Assembly: GCA_036376245.1 (NCBI GenBank)
Contig: DASVAS010000063.1
Coordinates: 27,798 to 91,797, forward strand
DNA length: 64,000 nucleotides
DNA from: Thermoanaerobaculia bacterium
Lineage (GTDB): Bacteria > Acidobacteriota > Thermoanaerobaculia > Multivoradales > UBA5704
Direction: 5' to 3'
The notes below the pieces were generated by a model, which had not been told where the DNA came from, did not search any database, and saw only the letters and a program-made list of their open reading frames with translations. Numbering within the stretch: the stretch's first letter is position 1; every line of letters begins with the position of its first letter. This document shows positions 24,838 through 31,991 of the stretch, one piece after another. Both the position numbers and the translations under genes were made by a program.

Positions 24838-27501
24838 ATGCAGGCGGAAGATCCAACCCTGCCGCTGTCGCCGCACCCCAGGCCGTCGCCGCGCCGGGGC
24901 GAGGTGCTCGGGCGCTACCTCATCCTCCATGAGCTCGGCCGTGGCGGCATGGGGGTCGTCTACGCGGCCTACGATCCGGAGCTGGACCGCAAGGTGGCCC
25001 TGAAGCTCCTGCATCCGGGCCGGGAGCGGGAGGGCGCCCGCCAGGCGCGGCTGCTGGGCGAGGCCCAGGCCCTGGCCCGCCTCTCCCATCCCAACGTCAT
25101 CCACGTCTACGACGCCGGCGCCGTGGGGGACCGCGTGTTCATGGCCATGGAGATGGTCCAGGGCGAGCCGCTGGACGAGTGGCTGGCCCGCGAGACTCCC
25201 CCCTGGCGCCAGGTCCTCGCGGTGTTCCGGGCGGCCGGGCAGGGGCTCGCGGCGGCCCATGCCGCGGGGCTCGTCCACCGCGACTTCAAGCCGTCCAACG
25301 TCCTGCTGGGCGACGACGGGCGCGTGCGGGTGGTGGACTTCGGCGTCGCCCGCCCGGCCGACGAGGTGGCGGCGGAACGGTCGGAGGTGGTGATGGGCAC
25401 GCCGCGCTACATGGCCCCGGAGGTGGCCCGGGGGCGCGCCTTCGACCACCGGGCGGACCAGTTCTCCTTCTGCGTGGCGCTGTTCGAGTCCCTCTACGGG
25501 ATCCGGCCCTTCGCTGGGGACACCCTGACGGAAACGCTGCGCGAAGCGCTGGCGGCCCGGGTGCGCGAGGTCCCCCGCTCGCGCGTCCCCGTCTGGGTGC
25601 GGCGCATCCTGCTCCGGGGCTTGAGCGCCGACCCCGCGGCGCGCTATCCCTCGCTGGACGCCCTGCTGGCGGAGCTCGGGCGGGACCGCGCCGCCCAGAT
25701 CCGGCGGCGCGCCGCCGCGGCGGCCGTGCTCGTCGCGCTGACCGCGAGCGGAACGGCCCTCTACACGGCGCAGCGGAGCGAGATCCGCCTGTGCATGGAC
25801 GCCGGCCGCAAGCTGGCCGGGGTCTGGGACGCCCGCCGCAAGCAGGTGATCCACCGCGCCTTCCAGGCCTCGACCCGCCCCTACGCGGAGGACGCCTGGC
25901 GCAGCGTGGAGCGCTCCCTGGACGCCTACACCGGCGCCTGGACCGCCATGCGCACGGAGGCCTGCGAGGCCACCCACCGGCGCGGCGAGCAGTCGGCGGA
26001 GCTGCTCGACCTGCGCATGGCCTGTCTGGACCGGCGGCTGCGCGAGGTGCGGACCCTGACCCGGCTCTTCGCCACCGGCGACCCCGCCGTGGTCGAGCGC
26101 GCGACGCAGGCCAGCCTGGCGCTGCCCGGCCTGGACGAGTGCGCGGACCCGGCCGCCCTCACCGCGCCGGTGCGGCCGCCGGCGGGCGAGGCGGCCCGGC
26201 ACGCCCTCGACCAGCTCAACAAGCGGCTGGCGGACGCCTCCTCGCTGCGGGCGCTGGGACGCTACCAGGCGAGCCGGGCCACCGCCGAGGCCGGGCTCGC
26301 CGCCCGGCCCGCCTGGCCGCCGCTGGAGGCGGAGCTGCTGCGCGCGCGGGCGCTGGCCGAGGACGCCCTGGGGGAATCCGCGACCGCCGAGGCGACCCTG
26401 TTCCAGGCGCTGGCCGCGGCCCAGCGCGGGCGCCACGACGCGCTCGCCGCCCGGATCTGGACCGACCTGGTGTGGATCTCGGGCTTCCAGCGCAAGCGGT
26501 TCGACGAGGCGCGCCGCTGGGCGCGGCTGGCCGAGGCGAGCCTGGTCCGCCTGGGAGGGCCGGCCGAGAACCCGGAGCTGGACGCCGACCTGAAGGGCCA
26601 CCTGGGCGCCGTCCTCGACCTCCAGGGGGAGCACGAGCGCGGCCTCGCCCTGCTGCGGCAGGCGCTCGCCATCTACCAGAAGACCCTGGGACCGGACCAC
26701 CCCAACGTCGGCCGCACGCTGAACCGCATCGGCGCCGCCTACTACCAGGCCGGCCGCCACGCCGAGGCCCTGGCCACCTTCCAGCGCGCCCTGGAGCAGA
26801 CCCGCCGCCTGCTGGGCCCCGACCATCCGACGGTGGCGATCCGCCTCGGCAACCTCGCGCTCGCCCTGGAAGGGCTGGGCCGCTACGAGGAGGCGCTGCG
26901 GGTCCAGTCCGACGCGTTGACCATCGAGGAGCGGGCCCTGGGACCGGACCACCCCCGCGTGGCGGTCACCCACGGCAACCTGGCGTCGCTGCTGATGGTC
27001 CTCGACCGCAACGAGGAGGCCCTGGCCCACGCCCGCCGCGGCCTGAACATCGACCGCCAGAACCCCGAGACCGCGCCGGCGGACCTGGGCGTGTCGTACC
27101 TCATCGTGGCGGACGCCATGTACCGGCTGGGGCGGTATCCATGGGCGCTGGATCACAACCGGCAGGCCCGGGAGCTGCTGGCGAAGTCCGTGGGGCCGAA
27201 CCACCCCTGGACGGCCGAGGCCGAGGCCGGCTATGGGCGCATCCTGCTGGCCCAGGGCCATCCGGACGAGGGAGCGGCGGCGCTCCGCCGCTCCCTGGCC
27301 GCCTTCCAGGCCGCGGGCGAGGAGACTGTCGAGAGCGCCGGCGCCCGCTTCCAGCTCGCCCGGATCCTCTGGAAGTCGGGCGGCGACCACGCCGAGGCCC
27401 TGAAGCTCGCCCGCGAGGCCCGGGAATGGCTGCTCCGCCACGCGCCCCACCGCAAACAGGACCTCGCCGGGATCGAGGACTGGCTGGCGGCGCGCGGGTA
27501 A
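24838..27501 (+). CDS. Ser/Thr protein kinase fused to TPR repeats
   Basis: 887 aa. Kinase motifs are GRGGMGVVYAA, VALKLL, HRDFKPSNVLL, DFGVAR and GTPRYMAPE. There is one TM-like segment, then multiple TPR-like units (LNRIGAAYYQAGRHAEALATFQRALE...). Confidence 0.9.
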   Translation: MQAEDPTLPLSPHPRPSPRRGEVLGRYLILHELGRGGMGVVYAAYDPELDRKVALKLLHPGREREGARQARLLGEAQALARLSHPNVIHVYDAGAVGDRVFMAMEMVQGEPLDEWLARETPPWRQVLAVFRAAGQGLAAAHAAGLVHRDFKPSNVLLGDDGRVRVVDFGVARPADEVAAERSEVVMGTPRYMAPEVARGRAFDHRADQFSFCVALFESLYGIRPFAGDTLTETLREALAARVREVPRSRVPVWVRRILLRGLSADPAARYPSLDALLAELGRDRAAQIRRRAAAAAVLVALTASGTALYTAQRSEIRLCMDAGRKLAGVWDARRKQVIHRAFQASTRPYAEDAWRSVERSLDAYTGAWTAMRTEACEATHRRGEQSAELLDLRMACLDRRLREVRTLTRLFATGDPAVVERATQASLALPGLDECADPAALTAPVRPPAGEAARHALDQLNKRLADASSLRALGRYQASRATAEAGLAARPAWPPLEAELLRARALAEDALGESATAEATLFQALAAAQRGRHDALAARIWTDLVWISGFQRKRFDEARRWARLAEASLVRLGGPAENPELDADLKGHLGAVLDLQGEHERGLALLRQALAIYQKTLGPDHPNVGRTLNRIGAAYYQAGRHAEALATFQRALEQTRRLLGPDHPTVAIRLGNLALALEGLGRYEEALRVQSDALTIEERALGPDHPRVAVTHGNLASLLMVLDRNEEALAHARRGLNIDRQNPETAPADLGVSYLIVADAMYRLGRYPWALDHNRQARELLAKSVGPNHPWTAEAEAGYGRILLAQGHPDEGAAALRRSLAAFQAAGEETVESAGARFQLARILWKSGGDHAEALKLAREAREWLLRHAPHRKQDLAGIEDWLAARG

Positions 27502-27508
27502 AAGCAAG

Positions 27509-27630
27509 CAAGGACCTAAAGGACATAAGGGACCTAAAGGACCTAAACGACCTGAAGGACTTCAAGGACGGCGGTATTGTCGTTTACCGTCCTTTATGTC
27601 CTTCAGGTCCCTTGGGTCCTTTAGGTCCTT
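27509..27630. repeat. Second 9-bp-periodic AAGGAC hairpin element (same family as 183-305)
   Basis: The left arm reads caaggacct aaaggacat aagggacct aaaggacct aaacgacct gaaggactt caaggac. The loop is ggcggtattgtcgtttacc. The right arm reads gtcctttat gtccttcag gtcccttgg gtcctttag gtcctt. It lies between convergent stops at 27501 and 27646. Confidence 0.8.
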
Positions 27631-27645
27631 TCCTCGGATGGCCAC

Positions 27646-29922
27646 TTAATCCTTCTTCGCCCGCACCTCGAGCGCCAACCCGACCTCCGCGGGCGGCAGC
27701 ACGCCGGTCAGCAGCAGCAGCTTGCCGGACTCCGGGATGGTGATCGGCAGCGGCTTCACGCCTCCCACCAGCCCCTCCTTGAGGCTGTTCGCCGTCTCCG
27801 TGAAGGAGTCGAAGTCGTAGTACGCGGCGGGCGCCTCCGTCTTCGGCTTCCGCCGCCTCCCGCCTCCACCCGACGGCCGGTCCTCCATGTCGAAGGTCTG
27901 CGTGTTGCCGGTCCGGCGTTCGTCGAGCAAAGGGGATTCCGCCGTCACCGTGATGACGTCCTCGACGGCGGCGCTGAGCGTCATCTCGATATTCGTCGTG
28001 GCTCCCTCGGACACCTGGATGTTGGGAGCCTCGATGCTGGAGAACCCCTCCAGGTCCGCCTGGACCGTGTAGGTCCCCGTGGCCAGGCCGATGAAGCGGA
28101 AGACCCCGAGAGCGTCCGTGACTTGCGTGAGCGGAGCGAAGGGCCCGTGCAGCGTCACCGTCACTCCGGGGAGCGCGGCTCCTTGCGTGTCCACGACCGT
28201 CCCCCGCAGCAGACCCTTCCCTCCCGGGCCGACATACTGGGACTGTTGACCCGATTCGTTGCCGCCTACGTTGATCCGGTCCGTCAACACGCCCGGAGTC
28301 GACTGCAGGATCCGCCAGGGGTCCCGGGCCCTGGGGATCGTGCCCACCGCCGCCGGCCGCAGGGTGCCCTCGCGGAAGCGGTAGCGATGGCCGTCCGGCA
28401 GCAGCAGCCGCCAGCGGTGCTCCTGGACCGGCGCGACGAGGCGCGGCAGGCTCAGGGCGAGCTCCGCGCGGCCCGCCGGGACCGCCTTCTCCATAACGGA
28501 CACCACCTCCACCACCACGTCCTTGCCCGTCTCGAATCCCAGCGGCACGGAGAGCGCGCCGCCCCCGCGCTCCAGCGGGCGCACCGGCAGCTCGCCCACC
28601 CGGGCCGACCAGAGCGTGGCCGACGGCGGCAGCGCGACATCCAGAGACGAGCCGAGGCCGTTGGGCCGCAGCGTGATGCGGTCCCGGTGCAGCAGCGTGC
28701 CGTCCACGGTCATCAGCGTCGTGGTCTCCCGCAGGCGCACCAGGGCCGGCAGGCTCGTCGCCGCCGGCAGCAGCGAGACCGCCACCCGCGGGCCCGGCGG
28801 CGCGCCGGTCAGCCGCCAGGCCGCCGCCAGGTCCACCGGCCCCAGGGCGTCGCGCAGGGTCGAAGGCAGGTCGTCCAGATCGACGCGATCCCAGGCCGGC
28901 TCGGGGAGGGGCCGCACGTCCGCCGCCACCGAAGAGGAAAGGGCCAGGAAGCGCGCCCGCACCTCGACCTCGGGCACCAACGGCTCCAGGGCCAGCTCGG
29001 CGCCGGGCGCGGGCGTCGAGGTCAGGACGAGATAACCCACGCCCTGGAGCTGCTTGCGGCGGTGCACGGTGAGGCGCCGGGCCTCCACCGCCGGCACGAC
29101 GTCCCCTTCGTCCGTGCCCACCTGATCGACGACCAACCCGGGGGGGAGATCGACCGTCAGGGCGCCGAGGCCGCCGCGCGAGACGTCGTAGAGCACCACG
29201 TCGTGCCGGCGGGGACCGTCGGGCTGGAGCTGCACCAGGGTGAGGACCAGGGCCTGGGCCAGCAGCCGGTCGGCCTCGCCGCCGTCCACCTTGCGCCGCA
29301 CCTCCAGGGCCGGGCTCTCCCCCCGCTTCGCCGTCAGGCGCACCGTGCGGCGGGCGCCGTCCACCCGGTCCTCTACGATCACGGAGCCCGGCGCGCTCCA
29401 GGCGAGGTCGGCCGGCAGCTCGATCTCGGTCAGGGAAACGGGCGCCGCCACCGGCGCCAGGACCAGCCGGCTGACGCCCTGGCGCTGGAGGGCGGCGGGG
29501 CCGGCGAAGCGGACGGCGTAGCGGCCGGGCGCGGACGCCACCAGCAGCCACTCGCCGGTCTTGACCCCGGCGGTGAGGGCGGCGGACGGCCCCTTCACCT
29601 CCGCCTGCCGGGGGACGCCGGTCACCGGGAGCGTCACCGGCTTCTCGGGCGCTCCCTGCACCAGGACCTCCATCTCCGAGGTCACGTCCGCCGTGTCGTC
29701 TCCGGTGAGCGCGACCCGCACGCGCTGGGAGACGACCTCGGCCACCGGGGCCTCCCTCCGCTCCGCGCGCTCCTGCCTCTCCTTCTCCACCCGTTCGACG
29801 GTCTCGACCAGCGTCAGGTAGTCCTTGAGGGGAAGGGTGACCTCCCCCGGCGACGGCGCTTCCGCGGCCCATCCGCGGCAGACGGCCAGCACGAAGATGA
29901 GGAGCCACGTTCTCAGAACCAT
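27646..29922 (-). CDS. Secreted hypothetical protein with carboxypeptidase-regulatory-like beta-sandwich near the C-terminus
   Basis: Track ORF 27646-31431 was trimmed to the ATG at 29922 (MVLRTWLLIFVLAVCRGWA signal, AAAGGAG SD). It overlaps the upstream stop by 10 nt. The segment LRGTVVDTQGAALPGVTVTLHG...TGTYTVQADLEGF is CarboxypepD_reg-like. Confidence 0.65.
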   Translation of the reverse strand: MVLRTWLLIFVLAVCRGWAAEAPSPGEVTLPLKDYLTLVETVERVEKERQERAERREAPVAEVVSQRVRVALTGDDTADVTSEMEVLVQGAPEKPVTLPVTGVPRQAEVKGPSAALTAGVKTGEWLLVASAPGRYAVRFAGPAALQRQGVSRLVLAPVAAPVSLTEIELPADLAWSAPGSVIVEDRVDGARRTVRLTAKRGESPALEVRRKVDGGEADRLLAQALVLTLVQLQPDGPRRHDVVLYDVSRGGLGALTVDLPPGLVVDQVGTDEGDVVPAVEARRLTVHRRKQLQGVGYLVLTSTPAPGAELALEPLVPEVEVRARFLALSSSVAADVRPLPEPAWDRVDLDDLPSTLRDALGPVDLAAAWRLTGAPPGPRVAVSLLPAATSLPALVRLRETTTLMTVDGTLLHRDRITLRPNGLGSSLDVALPPSATLWSARVGELPVRPLERGGGALSVPLGFETGKDVVVEVVSVMEKAVPAGRAELALSLPRLVAPVQEHRWRLLLPDGHRYRFREGTLRPAAVGTIPRARDPWRILQSTPGVLTDRINVGGNESGQQSQYVGPGGKGLLRGTVVDTQGAALPGVTVTLHGPFAPLTQVTDALGVFRFIGLATGTYTVQADLEGFSSIEAPNIQVSEGATTNIEMTLSAAVEDVITVTAESPLLDERRTGNTQTFDMEDRPSGGGGRRRKPKTEAPAAYYDFDSFTETANSLKEGLVGGVKPLPITIPESGKLLLLTGVLPPAEVGLALEVRAKKD

Positions 29923-31670
29923 TGGGATTTCTCCTTTGCCGCTTCGACGCGGATCGCCAGGGGGGAGGGGGTGGCCGAAAGGGCGCTCCACGCCGCGTCC
30001 AGGAAGATGAACCCCGGAGGATGCGGGTAGAAGCCGGAAGCCTGGGAGGCCGCGGCCACGGCGTTGACGTTCATCAGTTGGGTGTTCACCTGCCGGGACA
30101 GCTCGGAAACCGGCCCGCGGGCGGCCGTCCGGGGGAGAGCCCCCACGACCCCGGCCCGGGCCGGCTCGGCGAGGGAGTACGCGCGCCCTCCCGGCAGCAG
30201 CACCCTGACTTCGACCTTGGCCGCCGGGACCGACAACGCGGGCATCGGGATCTCGAAGCTCCCCTCCCGCGGCAGCGTCAGGGGGACGACGCCGTCGAGA
30301 TGGACGACCTGCGGCGCCTGCTGGGTCAGCAGCGGCACGGACAGGGTCTTGCCGTCGGTCCCCGGCGTGACGGCGGCGCCGTCGCGGTGGCCGGCCGCGA
30401 GCGTGAAGCCCGCGGGCAGGGTCAGCGAGAGCCGCTGGGCGCCGCGGTTCCTCACTTCCGCCCAGAGCTGGTACGAGGCCCGGCCGGATTCCCCCACCGC
30501 CACGTTCACCAGCAGCCGGTCGATCTGGGCCGCCAGCACCTCCGTGCTCCTGGCCCAGACCGCCTCCCAGCGCGGCGGCCGGCGGACGTCGGCCACGGCG
30601 AAGAGCTTGCCGTCCCGCTCCCGGAGGGAAGCCGGGAGCTTCGCCGCCTCCCCCGCCTCCGCCACGCGCGCCGCGCCGGGATCGGCGAGGTTCAGCTCTC
30701 CGTCCCCCCGCAGCGCCGCCTTGGCGAGCGGCAGGGTGCGGACGCTCCCTTCCGGGATCAGCAGCGGCGTCGCGAAGACGTCCCGCGGCTCGCCGGTGAG
30801 CTCCACCTCGACCGCCAGCCGGTCCTCCACCGGCGCCAGAGGGGTGATCACCAGAGCTCCCTCCTTCGCGTCCCATCCCGCCACCGGCCCGCGGACCGTC
30901 ACCACCTTGAAGCCGGCGGGGACCGGCACGCGCAGGGTCTCCAGGCGCCCCTGGGCCACCCGGGTCTCGATCCATCCGAACGCCTGGAGGCGGGTGCGGG
31001 AGAGGGTCGTGGCGGTGGCCGTGGTCGCCTCGAACCTGAGCGGCAGCAGGGCGCGGCGCGGCAGGGTGGCGCGGCCGGAGAGCGTCCAGCGGATCTCGCC
31101 GTTGGGCAGGGCCACGAACGTCCAGCCGCCTTCGGGGGCGTGGAGGGTCAGGCCCGGACCTTCGGATTCGACCTCCTCGATGGCGGCGGGCGCCGCGATG
31201 CGGCCCCGCACCACCGCCGCGGCGGGGAAGCGCAGGCCGAACCGCCAGGTGGGCCGGGTGGCGGTCTCGTCGCGGACGACCGGCACGGCGGATTCGAGGA
31301 CGACCTCGTGGACGCCGCGGCCCCGGGCCTGGAGGACCCAGGCCCCGCCGGCCATGTCCACCCGCCCTTCCAGCCCCCGGAAGTCGGCGCGGATGAACGC
31401 GCCGGCCTCGCCCAGGGGGAGGGACTGCCACTTGTCGTCGAACAGGGTGAAGCGCAGCGTCTGGACCACCCGGGCGCTCTCCGGTCCCGCCTTGACCTCG
31501 TAGTCGGCGGATTCCAGCGCCCAGGGCGCCGGAGGAGGCGTCGGATCCTCACCTCCGGCGCTGGCGCGGGCGCGCAGGTCCTCGTACTTCTCCAGGGGCA
31601 GCGTGACCTGCTGCGCCCCGGCGATTGCGGGATACAACCCGAGCCACGCGATCAGGAAAAGTCTTCTCAT
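29913..31670 (-). CDS. Secreted hypothetical protein (distant paralog of 27646-29922 N-terminal part)
   Basis: 585 aa with signal MRRLFLIAWLGLYPAIAGA and an AGGAGG SD. Both proteins begin their mature part with VTLPL(K/E)xY. Confidence 0.65.
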   Translation of the reverse strand: MRRLFLIAWLGLYPAIAGAQQVTLPLEKYEDLRARASAGGEDPTPPPAPWALESADYEVKAGPESARVVQTLRFTLFDDKWQSLPLGEAGAFIRADFRGLEGRVDMAGGAWVLQARGRGVHEVVLESAVPVVRDETATRPTWRFGLRFPAAAVVRGRIAAPAAIEEVESEGPGLTLHAPEGGWTFVALPNGEIRWTLSGRATLPRRALLPLRFEATTATATTLSRTRLQAFGWIETRVAQGRLETLRVPVPAGFKVVTVRGPVAGWDAKEGALVITPLAPVEDRLAVEVELTGEPRDVFATPLLIPEGSVRTLPLAKAALRGDGELNLADPGAARVAEAGEAAKLPASLRERDGKLFAVADVRRPPRWEAVWARSTEVLAAQIDRLLVNVAVGESGRASYQLWAEVRNRGAQRLSLTLPAGFTLAAGHRDGAAVTPGTDGKTLSVPLLTQQAPQVVHLDGVVPLTLPREGSFEIPMPALSVPAAKVEVRVLLPGGRAYSLAEPARAGVVGALPRTAARGPVSELSRQVNTQLMNVNAVAAASQASGFYPHPPGFIFLDAAWSALSATPSPLAIRVEAAKEKSQWF

Positions 31671-31720
31671 GTCCGATCCTCCTGAGCAACAGGTTAGACA
31701 CGAGAAGCGCTCTTCCGGAA

Positions 31721-31948
31721 AGCCGGGCGGTTCGTCCCGACGTCCGGGCGGTCCGTCCCAGCGGGTGGAAGGTTCTACCCAATGGGTGGAGGGCTCTACC
31801 GAGCGGGTGGAGGGCGCTGCCGAGTGGGTAGAGCGCTCTACCCACTCGCCGGAACGCTCTACCTGATGTCCGGAGGGCTCTACCCGCTCGCCGGGACGTC
31901 CTACTTTGTGTCCGGAGGGCTCTACCCGTTGGGTGGAATGATCCGGAA
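31721..31948. repeat. About 11 tandem 20-21-bp units containing GGGT(G/A)-N8-TACCC dyads, including a perfect 26-bp palindrome (31822-31847)
   Basis: Example units are gcgggtggaaggttctaccca, atgggtggagggctctaccg, agcgggtggagggcgctgccg, agtgggtagagcgctctaccc, actcgccggaacgctctacct and gatgtccggagggctctaccc. The palindrome is gagtgggtagagc|gctctacccactc. The array is intergenic, 50-280 bp upstream of the start at 31670. Confidence 0.85.
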
Positions 31949-31991
31949 GGCCGGTAGGGAGCTCCGGGAGGAAGTACGGACGGTCCGGGAG

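Noticed and set aside
24799-27743. 902-aa minus-strand and 854-aa plus-strand ORFs over the kinase-TPR gene
   Set aside because: They are alternative frames of 24838-27501, which alone shows kinase and TPR motifs.
29923-31431. N-terminal 503 codons of track ORF 27646-31431
   Set aside because: This part overlaps the well-formed 29913-31670 gene in another frame. An internal ATG at 29922 with SD and signal peptide gives a coherent protein.
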